Positions 56,592-64,000 of a stretch of 64,000 bases of DNA are shown here, piece after piece; position 1 is the first letter of the stretch, and each line of letters opens with the position of its first letter. Location: the NCBI GenBank assembly GCA_045659905.1, contig JAZRCT010000003.1, forward strand, positions 26,037 to 90,036, read 5' to 3'. A model generated the notes under the pieces. The model was not told where the DNA came from. It saw only the letters and a list, made by a program, of their open reading frames with translations, and searched no databases. The DNA comes from Eubacteriales bacterium (GTDB lineage Bacteria; Bacillota; Clostridia; Oscillospirales; CAG-272). The position numbers and the translations under genes were made by a program.

Positions 56592-57145
56592 TTCTCGTAA
56601 ACCTCGGGCTTAAGCACGCCCACGTAAGGAAGCGCACGGTACATTTCGGCATAGTCAAGTCCGTAGCCAACCACGAACTCGTCGGGAATTTCCTTGCCGC
56701 AGTAGTCGGGCTTGAACTCTACCTTTCTTCTGGACGGCTTGTCAATCAGGGTGCAGGTTCTGACGCTCTTTGCGCCCTTGAAGGCAAGATATTTAGTAAG
56801 ATGCGAAAGCGTAACGCCGCTGTCTACGATATCCTCTACTATCAGCAAATCGCAGCTCGCAATATCAGGTCTTATAAGGTCAAGCGCTATATGTATCTGT
56901 CCCGTGCTCTCCGTGCCGTTGCCGTAAGAGGATACCTTCATACAGTCTATCTCCACAGGTACGGTAACTCGCTTCATAAGGTCGCCCATAAATGGAAGCG
57001 AGCCCTTGAGTATGCAAAGCAAAACAAGCTTCTTGTCCTCGCCCGCATAGTCACGGTCTATTTCCGCAGCAATTCTGTCTACGATTGCGTTGATTTCCTC
57101 CTCGGATACAAGCACCTTCGCTATGTCACTTCTGATTTCCTTCAT
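56588..57145 (-). CDS. hpt: hypoxanthine phosphoribosyltransferase
   Basis: PRPP-binding motif LLIVEDIVDSGVT. 185 aa. 4-nt overlap with mtaB. Confidence 0.9.
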   Translation of the reverse strand: MKEIRSDIAKVLVSEEEINAIVDRIAAEIDRDYAGEDKKLVLLCILKGSLPFMGDLMKRVTVPVEIDCMKVSSYGNGTESTGQIHIALDLIRPDIASCDLLIVEDIVDSGVTLSHLTKYLAFKGAKSVRTCTLIDKPSRRKVEFKPDYCGKEIPDEFVVGYGLDYAEMYRALPYVGVLKPEVYEK

Positions 57146-57183
57146 AGGACTAACCTCTCAATAGAAAATATTTTCACCCTTAT

Positions 57184-57212
57184 ATTGTAGCACAAAGCAA
57201 ATGCTTTGTCAA
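57184..57212 (-). promoter_or_regulatory. sigma-A type promoter of the hpt-mtaB-glyQS-luxS-mtnN operon
   Basis: On the minus strand: TTGACA, 17-nt spacer, TGc-TACAAT. Confidence 0.65.
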
Positions 57213-57241
57213 TACGCGCGTGCGAGTTGTTTAGGTTTTTA

Positions 57242-57417
57242 GGGGGTGCTTTGCAGCCAAAGCGTCCCAGGATATTTTAAAGGGAGACTTTGCAGGCAAA
57301 GTCCCCCTTACACCCCGAAAGCGTTTTGGGAGTATTTTTCGACCCAAAGCGTGAGCTTTGGATATCACTGCCACGCAAGTGGCAATATCACTCTTTGCGT
57401 GAGCAAAGAATATCACT
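57242..57417 (+). repeat. intergenic GNRA-hairpin array element, copy B
   Basis: Same orientation and hairpin set as copy A: GGGAGACTTTG-cagg-CAAAGTCCCCC, CCCCGAAA-gcg-TTTTGGG, CCAAAGC-GTGA-GCTTTGG, GCCAC-GCAA-GTGGC and CTTTGC-GTGA-GCAAAG, with AATATCACT linkers. An extra upstream hairpin GCTTTG-cagc-CAAAGC is present. Confidence 0.8.
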
Positions 57418-57500
57418 CCCCAAAAATGTGCATTGTGAGTTTTTTACTTTGCGCCGAAAGGTTTATCAAATTAAGTGCTAAAAATTTTTATTAGTGCTAG

Positions 57501-57535
57501 AAAATGTAAAGGACGCTTTGCAAAAAGCGTCCTTT
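57501..57535 (-). terminator. terminator of the GT2 gene
   Basis: 12-bp stem AAAGGACGCTTT / AAAGCGTCCTTT with a 4-nt loop, 18 nt after the stop codon. Confidence 0.65.
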
Positions 57536-57552
57536 AATCGTTGAATTTGATT

Positions 57553-58938
57553 TTATGCGTTTATCGATTCAGCCACAGGCTCAGCTTCGATAGCGGCATT
57601 GCTATCTGCAGGAGCGGCTGCCTCTATTGCGGTAGCCTCCGCCTTATTGAGCGCATCGAAATCGGTAGTGTTCTTGTGAGGAATAGGCTTCCAGCCAAGG
57701 TTGCGCCAGAAAAGAGCCACAAGCTCGCAAGGTCCCGATAGCGCAAGGAAGATAGGCCATACGATGGCAGCAAGTATCTTCAAGAACGGATTTACGTTCT
57801 TTATGCGCTTATGCTCTGCTATAAACAGCACGATAGTAGCAAGCAGCACCGTCGCATAGGATATAATCCAGCCGGGTATTTGCTGCTTAAGATATCCGAG
57901 CATCACGTCGCTAAAGCTGTAATCTCCGAAAAAAGGAGCAAGCATAAGGCAAACTATCTGAAGCAAGGTAGCAACCGCAAGAATTACGAATACAGGAAGA
58001 ATATTGACCGATATGTCGTATGCCGAGCCCTTATTCTTGACGCCGCCCTTGCTCTTGGGTGTGAAAAGTCCCTTCATCATATCACGGAATCGGGTAAGGA
58101 ATACAAGCAGGTGTCCCTTTGCCCATCTTGTCCTCTGACGGAACATTACTCTGAAGCTCGTAGGCTGCTCGTCGTAGAACACCGCCTCGTCGCAGTAGTA
58201 AATCTTCTCGCCCTTAAGCACTCTGTCTGCGGTAAATTCCCAGTCCTCGGTAAGCGTAACGTACTGCCAGCCGTCCTTGACTATCTCGGAATTGATTACG
58301 TAGCCCGTACCCTGCACTCTCGTAGAGCAGCCAAGCACGCTTCTTCCTCGGCTCTCAAAGTGACAGCCGTACATAAAGTAAAGTCCGTAGCAGGCGGAAA
58401 TAAGATTCTCGCCAAAGTTCTTGGAATTTCTGAACGAGGTAATAACGCTCTTTCTATCACGAGCGACGAATGCGTCGTTCATTTTATCAAAGTAATTTAC
58501 GTCAAGAATATTGTCGGCGTTAAAGAGGAAATATCCGTCGTAGGAAAGAATACCGTAATCCTCCTTAATGCGCTCAAAGAGATATTTGAATGCATATCCC
58601 ATAGTATTCTCGGCAGGATTATTGTACTCGTACACGATAGCGCCGTGCTCTCTTGCCACGTTTGCGGTATTGTCGGAGCAATTGTGCGCTATAACGAATA
58701 TATCAAGCTTGTCCTGAGGGTAATTATTCTTTCTTACGCTGTCGATAAGATTGCCGACGACAGACTCCTCGTTTCTTGCAGGGATTATAATGCCGTACTT
58801 AAGCTTTGTATCGGTGTGAGGGAACTTCTTTTTGGTAAACAATCCCACGATAGCAAACACCACGAAATGCACGACTATTAACGAAAACACGGTAAATATC
58901 GCACCAAAGACGATATTGATAATATCAAGATATCCCAT
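57553..58938 (-). CDS. processive family-2 glycosyltransferase (membrane-embedded, cellulose/PNAG/hyaluronan synthase-like)
   Basis: N-terminal TM, GT2 core (IIPARNEE..., NADN) and QxxRW motif (FRQRTRWAKG), followed by several C-terminal TM segments. Confidence 0.8.
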   Translation of the reverse strand: MGYLDIINIVFGAIFTVFSLIVVHFVVFAIVGLFTKKKFPHTDTKLKYGIIIPARNEESVVGNLIDSVRKNNYPQDKLDIFVIAHNCSDNTANVAREHGAIVYEYNNPAENTMGYAFKYLFERIKEDYGILSYDGYFLFNADNILDVNYFDKMNDAFVARDRKSVITSFRNSKNFGENLISACYGLYFMYGCHFESRGRSVLGCSTRVQGTGYVINSEIVKDGWQYVTLTEDWEFTADRVLKGEKIYYCDEAVFYDEQPTSFRVMFRQRTRWAKGHLLVFLTRFRDMMKGLFTPKSKGGVKNKGSAYDISVNILPVFVILAVATLLQIVCLMLAPFFGDYSFSDVMLGYLKQQIPGWIISYATVLLATIVLFIAEHKRIKNVNPFLKILAAIVWPIFLALSGPCELVALFWRNLGWKPIPHKNTTDFDALNKAEATAIEAAAPADSNAAIEAEPVAESINA

Positions 58939-59125
58939 AGTCAGTCCTTTTCTTTGATTTCATTTTTTCACGCATACATTCTAGCATTTAAAAATGAACG
59001 AATTGTGAACAAAACTATCCCCCCGGCTATATTTAAGAATGTTTAATATTCTCGTCCCGACGTCTCTATTTTTGCGGCGGTCTATAATATGTACAGGAAA
59101 TAAAAAGAAAAAATATAAAAAACAC

Positions 59126-59154
59126 TTGACTTTTTTTAAGCTTTGATATATAAT
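59126..59154 (+). promoter_or_regulatory. sigma-A type promoter of rpmH
   Basis: TTGACT (59126-59131), 17-nt spacer, TATAAT (59149-59154). Confidence 0.65.
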
Positions 59155-59228
59155 ATAAACTGCTTTCGTATGGGTTATCTTTTGATACGCCAAAAAAAAC
59201 GTCAATATCATATTAAGGAGGTGCAATC

Positions 59229-59363
59229 ATGAAGAGAACATATCAGCCTAAGAAAAGACAGAGAAAAAAGGAACACGGCTTCAGAAAGAGAATGGCAACC
59301 GCCAACGGCAGAAAAGTTCTTAAAAGAAGACGCGCCAAGGGTAGAGCTCGTCTGACCTACTAA
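59229..59363 (+). CDS. rpmH: 50S ribosomal protein L34
   Basis: 44-aa [44 protein letters not shown] with an AGGAGG RBS. Not in the ORF track because it is under 60 aa. Confidence 0.95.
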   Translation: MKRTYQPKKRQRKKEHGFRKRMATANGRKVLKRRRAKGRARLTY

Positions 59364-59393
59364 TCGGTCGCCAAAGAGCGACGTACAAAACCT

Positions 59394-59436
59394 CCCGATA
59401 AATCGGCGCTAAGCTTTGAGTTTATCGGGGTTTTTG
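59394..59436 (+). terminator. hairpin terminator/attenuator between rpmH and rnpA
   Basis: CCCGATAAA / TTTATCGGG stem followed by TTTTT. Confidence 0.6.
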
Positions 59437-59475
59437 TTTAAATGCGGATAATCCGCAGAAAATAGGGGATTTTTT

Positions 59476-59877
59476 ATGAAATTCAGAGCAATTACGGAAA
59501 ATCACTTATACAAGAAGGCGTACGCTAAGGGCAAAAGAGCCGTGACGTCGGCTCTGGCAGTTTATATGCTGCCCGATTACGCTGCAAAGCGACTTATGAA
59601 ATCCGATACGAGAAGCAGATTTACCAACCGTTACGGAATTACGGTTTCAACCAAAATTGGCGGCGCAGTAACGAGAAGCAGATGCCGACGCATTATCAGG
59701 GCGGCACTTTATTCAATTGAGCAGAGAGGAAATTTAAAAATGGGCTTCCTCATCGTTATTTCAGCACGCCACAGCTCCGTCAGCAAAAAGAGCACGGAGA
59801 TTGAAAAGGAGCTTATCACCGCCTTTTCAAAGCTGGGACTTATCAAGGACGGTGTGCCATCGCACGGGGATATATAA
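59476..59877 (+). CDS. rnpA: ribonuclease P protein component
   Basis: Position after rpmH. Basic RNR-like motif (GGAVTRSRCRRIIR). 133 aa. Confidence 0.85.
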   Translation: MKFRAITENHLYKKAYAKGKRAVTSALAVYMLPDYAAKRLMKSDTRSRFTNRYGITVSTKIGGAVTRSRCRRIIRAALYSIEQRGNLKMGFLIVISARHSSVSKKSTEIEKELITAFSKLGLIKDGVPSHGDI

Positions 59878-60249
59878 ATGAAGCATTTAATGATAGGTAT
59901 AATTAAGCTATACCGCAAATTTATATCTCCCCTGAAGCCACCCTGCTGCAGATTTACTCCCTCCTGCTCGCAGTATGCGCTCGACGCATTTATGAAGCGT
60001 GGCTTTTTCGTAGGCTTTGGGCTTACGGTATACAGGATTCTGAGGTGCAACCCCTTCTCTAAGGGCGGTGAGGATCCGGTGCCGGAAAAGCCTGACCGCA
60101 AAAGAAAGAAGGCAAGGAAAGAGTTTAAGGACCTACCCTTAGCTCTTGAGGAAAAGCCGTCTGTCAGCGGCACCGAAGAAGGCACTAAAGACGAATCCGT
60201 CAGCAATTTTATCAGTACCGGCAAAGGTGACTCTTTGCCAAGCGACTGA
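59878..60249 (+). CDS. yidD: membrane protein insertion efficiency factor YidD with a charged C-terminal extension of about 45 aa
   Basis: Conserved [11 protein letters not shown]...RCNPF core. The start abuts the rnpA stop. Confidence 0.85.
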   Translation: MKHLMIGIIKLYRKFISPLKPPCCRFTPSCSQYALDAFMKRGFFVGFGLTVYRILRCNPFSKGGEDPVPEKPDRKRKKARKEFKDLPLALEEKPSVSGTEEGTKDESVSNFISTGKGDSLPSD

Positions 60250-60298
60250 CAGGGTGATTGAATCTAACCAAGAAAATAACCTAAAGAGGATTTAAAAA

Positions 60299-61402
60299 AT
60301 GTTTGATTGGCTATTAAGAGGCTTGGGCATCGTGCTCGCCTGGATAGAGGGCTGGTCGGGAAGCTACGTAGTGGCGCTTATTTTCTATGCGCTCATATTC
60401 AAGCTTCTCTTTTCGTTCTTCTCTATCAAGCAGCACAAGAACCAGATAAAAATGGCAAAGCTCGCGCCCAAAATCGCAGTTATAAGAGAAAAGTACAAGG
60501 GCAGAAACGACCAGGCTACGCTCCGCAAACAGCAGGAAGAAATTATGGAGCTTCAGCGCAAGGAGGGATACAGTCCCCTCTCGGGTTGTCTTCCGCTTCT
60601 TATTCAGCTTCCTATCATTATCGTGCTTTACAACGTTATCAGAGAGCCGCTTTACTGGCTTATGGGAATGAGTGGCGAGACCGTTCAAGGTCTTTTTGAT
60701 TTCGTTGAGGCTATGAAGGACACGGCAGGAAATCAGCTTTACGCTCCCCAGGACCAGATAGCGCTTATCGGTGTACTGAAAAGCCTTATGTCAGGCGAGC
60801 TTGGCGGCGCTTATGCGGTAGAGATAGAGGCTATCTGCGGCACGTCGGTATTCCCCAACTTCCATTTGTGGGGTATGGACCTAGCGCAGACACCGAATAT
60901 TACGAACTTCAATCTTCTCGTTATAATTCCCGTGCTTGCCGCTGCATTCCAGTGGTTCACTATGTTTATCACGAGAAAGCTTCAGGGCAACACGCAGATG
61001 GCTGCGGCAGGCGGCGACAGCGAGCAATCTCAGCTTTCGCTTAAGATTATGGACCTTATGATGCCGCTTATGACGCTCTTTATTGCGTTTGGCTTCTCGG
61101 CTATGCTCGGTCTTTACTGGATTATTCAGTCCATCTTCGGTATTGCGCAGACGGTGATTCTTCACCTCGTTATGCCTATTCCGAAATACACCGACGAGGA
61201 AATCAAGGCAATAAGAAAGGCTCAGCGTCAGGCGGAAAAGACTCAGAAGAATATTATTAAGACTCAGCCCAAGTACAAATCGCTCCACTACATTGACGAC
61301 GACGATTACGAGGAGCTTCCCACGATAAATAACGATTCTCCCGATAGCAAGTCTACGGGCAAGACTCTGGCGGGACAGGACAAACCCGAAATAAAAGACT
61401 AA
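60299..61402 (+). CDS. yidC: YidC/Oxa1-family membrane protein insertase
   Basis: Synteny. Multiple TM segments with the conserved SGCLPLLIQLPI helix-loop. Basic C-terminal tail. Confidence 0.85.
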   Translation: MFDWLLRGLGIVLAWIEGWSGSYVVALIFYALIFKLLFSFFSIKQHKNQIKMAKLAPKIAVIREKYKGRNDQATLRKQQEEIMELQRKEGYSPLSGCLPLLIQLPIIIVLYNVIREPLYWLMGMSGETVQGLFDFVEAMKDTAGNQLYAPQDQIALIGVLKSLMSGELGGAYAVEIEAICGTSVFPNFHLWGMDLAQTPNITNFNLLVIIPVLAAAFQWFTMFITRKLQGNTQMAAAGGDSEQSQLSLKIMDLMMPLMTLFIAFGFSAMLGLYWIIQSIFGIAQTVILHLVMPIPKYTDEEIKAIRKAQRQAEKTQKNIIKTQPKYKSLHYIDDDDYEELPTINNDSPDSKSTGKTLAGQDKPEIKD

Positions 61403-61419
61403 AGGAAAGAGGCATTACG

Positions 61420-62466
61420 ATGTTAAGAGAAATAGAAGCGTCAGGCAAGGACATCGAGGAAGCAAAGGAAAATGCCAGAGCTGCCCTCGGCGCAGGTCCT
61501 CTTGACGACGTTAATTTTGAAATAGTGGCTCTCGGAAGCCGCGGAATATTCGGTATCATAGGCGTTAAGCCCGCAAGAGTAAAGGCTACTATGGAGGTGC
61601 CCGACGCACCCCAGCCCAAGCGTGAGCGTCCCCGCCGTGAAAGAAATGAAAATCAGGAGAAGAAGGATTCTCCCCGCAAAAGCGCAAATAAGAAGAACAA
61701 TAATAAAAAGCCTGCCGCAAAGCAGGAAAGAGCAACGGACAACACCCCCCGTGAGGCTGTAATTCCCGAATGCTCGCTTAAGATGGAGCGCCGTGAGGTT
61801 AAGGACGGCGAGGACACCTCCTTTGATTTCGTTAAGACGCTCGTTAAGAATATAGGTCTTGACGCATCGGCAGAGCTTTACGCCTGCGAGGACGGCACGA
61901 GAAGAATTACCATCGTAGGCAACGACGCATCAAGCCTTATCGGTCACCACGGCGATACACTCGATGCGCTTCAGTATCTTGCAAACCTTGCTTCTGCAAA
62001 GAAGAATATCAACGGCGAGCGTGACAAGAGCCGTGTTACCATCGATATCGAGGGCTACCGTCAGAAGAGAGAGGAAACCCTCCGTGCGCTTGCACGCCGT
62101 ATGGCGCAGAAGGCGCTTCGCAACAGAAGAAGCGTTATGCTTGAGCCTATGAGCGCTTACGAAAGAAGAATTATTCACTCCGAGATTCAGGGAATCGAGG
62201 GTGTAAGCACCAATTCTATCGGCTCTGACAACAACAGAAAGATAGTAATTTATCTTACCGACAAGAAGCCTCAGGGCATCTTTGAGGCAGACGAGGAGAG
62301 ACGCACCTCTCTTAAGGAGGAATTCGCTCCCGACGCTGACGACGTAACCTATGAGCTTGCAGCTCACCCCGCCGTTACCTCAGACCTTGACGGCGACGGA
62401 GAGACCGTTACGGTAGTCGAGACTCATCCTGCCGACGATATCGCCGAGGATGACGATATTAAGTAA
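61420..62466 (+). CDS. jag: Jag/KhpB RNA-binding protein (Jag_N, KH, R3H)
   Basis: Synteny. R3H motif region YERRIIHSEIQ. A Lys-rich linker and an acidic C-terminal tail. Confidence 0.85.
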   Translation: MLREIEASGKDIEEAKENARAALGAGPLDDVNFEIVALGSRGIFGIIGVKPARVKATMEVPDAPQPKRERPRRERNENQEKKDSPRKSANKKNNNKKPAAKQERATDNTPREAVIPECSLKMERREVKDGEDTSFDFVKTLVKNIGLDASAELYACEDGTRRITIVGNDASSLIGHHGDTLDALQYLANLASAKKNINGERDKSRVTIDIEGYRQKREETLRALARRMAQKALRNRRSVMLEPMSAYERRIIHSEIQGIEGVSTNSIGSDNNRKIVIYLTDKKPQGIFEADEERRTSLKEEFAPDADDVTYELAAHPAVTSDLDGDGETVTVVETHPADDIAEDDDIK

Positions 62467-63860
62467 TGAAAGAGCTATTTTCAACGGTAGCCGCAATTTC
62501 AACCCCACCCGGCAAGGGTGGGGTTGCGATTATCCGCATAAGCGGTGAGGATACGGCGGCGGTCATAGGCAAATGCTTTTCGCCTATGGGACGGAGGACG
62601 CCTAGTGAAAATCCGAGAGCTGCGATTTGGGGCAGAGTTATCAAGGGGGGCGTTGCTATCGACGATGCGCTTTGCACCTATTTTCCCGCCCCTCACTCCT
62701 ACACCGGCGAGGATATGGCGGAAATAAGCTGTCACGGCGGCGTGCTTATCACAGGACGGGTGCTTGAAGCGGTGCTTTCCTCGGGCGCTGTCGCTGCGCT
62801 TGGCGGAGAATTCACAAGGCGTGCCTTTATTAACGGCAAGCTTTCGCTTACCGACGCCGAGGCAATAGGTATGCTGCTTGAAGCAAAGAGCGACCAACAG
62901 CTTGAGCTTTACTCAAAGGACTCAAGAGATGCACTCACAAGAAGCATTTCGGAAATTCGCAGCGATTTAACCTCGCTTATGTCCTCTATTTACGCAAGGA
63001 TAGATTATCCCGATGAGGACCTAGGCGAGCTTAGCGACGAAGAATGTGTCGCAATAATCGACCTTGCGCTCTCTAAGCTTAAGCGCCTTAAGGAAAGCTA
63101 CCGCACAGGGCGTGCTATCAGCGAGGGTATTGAATGCTCGATAGTGGGACTTCCTAATGCGGGCAAGAGCACTCTTTACAATGCGCTCCTCGGCGACGAG
63201 TACGCAATAGTTACCGATATTGCGGGCACTACCCGTGACCTGCTTACCCGTGACGCTACGCTCGGAGGCGTGCTGCTTCACCTCACCGATACTGCGGGTG
63301 TCAGAAGCGACACTTACGACAAGGTAGAAAAAATCGGCGTCGAGCGCTCTCTGAATATGCTTGATAAAAGCGAGCTTGTGCTTGCGCTTTTCGATGCCAA
63401 TACACCGCTTTGCGATGAAGAAAGCTTCCTTATTAATATAATAAAGGAAAAGGGCAAGCAGGTAATCGCACTGCTTACTAAAAGCGATTGCGGCGCACCA
63501 GACGAAGAAAAGCTTGCCTATATCAAGGAAAGCTTCGGCACGGCGCTCACGGTAAGCGCAAAGGACGAGCCCGAGGCAACTGCCGACAAGCTTTCAAGCA
63601 TTATAGGACGCCTTTTCCTAAACGAGGAAATCAGAATAAGGGACGATGCGGTAATATCCTCTGCAAGACAGAATTCGGCGGTAAGCGTTGCTATTGAGCG
63701 GCTTTTATGCGCTAAGGATGCGTTTTTGTCAGGACTTCCGGCGGATATATCCTCCTCAGATATTTCGCTTGCGCTCTCGGCTATATCCGAGCTTGACGGC
63801 AGAAGCGTAAACGAGGAAATCGTGAAGGATATCTTTTCGAAATTCTGCGTAGGAAAGTAG
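62466..63860 (+). CDS. mnmE: tRNA modification GTPase MnmE
   Basis: G domain GLPNAGKST / DTAG and the C-terminal FCVGK motif. The start overlaps the jag stop (TAATG). Confidence 0.9.
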   Translation: MKELFSTVAAISTPPGKGGVAIIRISGEDTAAVIGKCFSPMGRRTPSENPRAAIWGRVIKGGVAIDDALCTYFPAPHSYTGEDMAEISCHGGVLITGRVLEAVLSSGAVAALGGEFTRRAFINGKLSLTDAEAIGMLLEAKSDQQLELYSKDSRDALTRSISEIRSDLTSLMSSIYARIDYPDEDLGELSDEECVAIIDLALSKLKRLKESYRTGRAISEGIECSIVGLPNAGKSTLYNALLGDEYAIVTDIAGTTRDLLTRDATLGGVLLHLTDTAGVRSDTYDKVEKIGVERSLNMLDKSELVLALFDANTPLCDEESFLINIIKEKGKQVIALLTKSDCGAPDEEKLAYIKESFGTALTVSAKDEPEATADKLSSIIGRLFLNEEIRIRDDAVISSARQNSAVSVAIERLLCAKDAFLSGLPADISSSDISLALSAISELDGRSVNEEIVKDIFSKFCVGK

Positions 63861-63950
63861 TTTTTCAGCCTATGAGCACGGGCGCTGCAAAGGACGGTCT
63901 TTACCAAAATTTCTTATGAGCTTATATCGGCAAAAAGGCTTAATATAATA

Positions 63951-63979
63951 TTGACAATTTTTTTCAATATTGCTATAAT
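63951..63979 (+). promoter_or_regulatory. sigma-A type promoter for the next gene downstream (off window)
   Basis: TTGACA, 17-nt spacer, TGc-TATAAT. Confidence 0.55.
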
Positions 63980-64000
63980 GTAATCAGTAAATATATGAAA

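Noticed and set aside
36789-57417. The two direct copies of the hairpin element were considered as attL/attR of a 20.5-kb island containing the phage-like cluster.
   Set aside because: The interval also contains essential housekeeping genes (glyQS, hpt, mtaB). No integrase is present, and the copies differ in unit order. A dispersed intergenic repeat family is more likely.
57811-58881. 356-aa plus-strand ORF antisense to the GT2 glycosyltransferase gene.
   Set aside because: The minus-strand frame carries GT2 motifs (QxxRW) and TM segments. The plus-strand ORF has no recognisable motifs, RBS or promoter.
59709-60224. 171-aa minus-strand ORF antisense to rnpA/yidD, plus similar antisense ORFs in yidC, jag and mnmE.
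   Set aside because: They lie opposite strongly supported, syntenic plus-strand genes and have no translation signals.

Overview
This looks like a chromosomal segment from a Bacillota (Clostridia-like) genome. That guess rests on gene content (sepF, ylmH-like, Mini-III RNase, pcrA, luxS) and on many sigma-A promoters of the form TTGACA-17-TATAAT with a TGn extended -10. Most of the window is housekeeping: trmK, prfB, an M16 peptidase, an acyl-CoA ligase, rsmF-like, a parvulin, pcrA, ygiQ, mrnC-hisS, a GH3 glycosidase, yggS-sepF, lspA-rluD, an amino-acid ABC transporter, an ABC-F ATPase, the hpt-mtaB-glyQS-luxS-mtnN operon, a processive GT2, and the origin-proximal block rpmH-rnpA-yidD-yidC-jag-mnmE. 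No rRNA, tRNA or CRISPR array was found. Four things stand out. (1) A 10-kb gene (3930-13973, minus strand) encodes a 3347-aa lipoprotein built from Cys-rich modules, including about 20 tandem Asp/His/Cys units (D-x-D-H-x-C-D-Y-G-C) and a recent 423-bp tandem duplication. (2) A compact 12.7-kb, 15-ORF, translationally coupled phage-type virion morphogenesis cluster (37304-49983) has terminase, portal, scaffold-like and coat-like genes, an LRR-bearing large structural protein and three membrane proteins. It has no recognisable integrase, repressor, replication, protease, long-tail or endolysin genes, and it sits between housekeeping genes. (3) A dispersed intergenic element is present in two direct copies (about 36.79-37.02 kb and 57.24-57.42 kb). 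It consists of arrays of short hairpins capped by GNRA tetraloops and separated by the linker AATATCACT, and every loop substitution between copies preserves GNRA. (4) A cluster of at least 5 DnaA-box-like 9-mers lies upstream of pcrA (22790-22921), while the rpmH block lacks an adjacent dnaA. All functional calls come from motif recognition by eye. No database searches were run.
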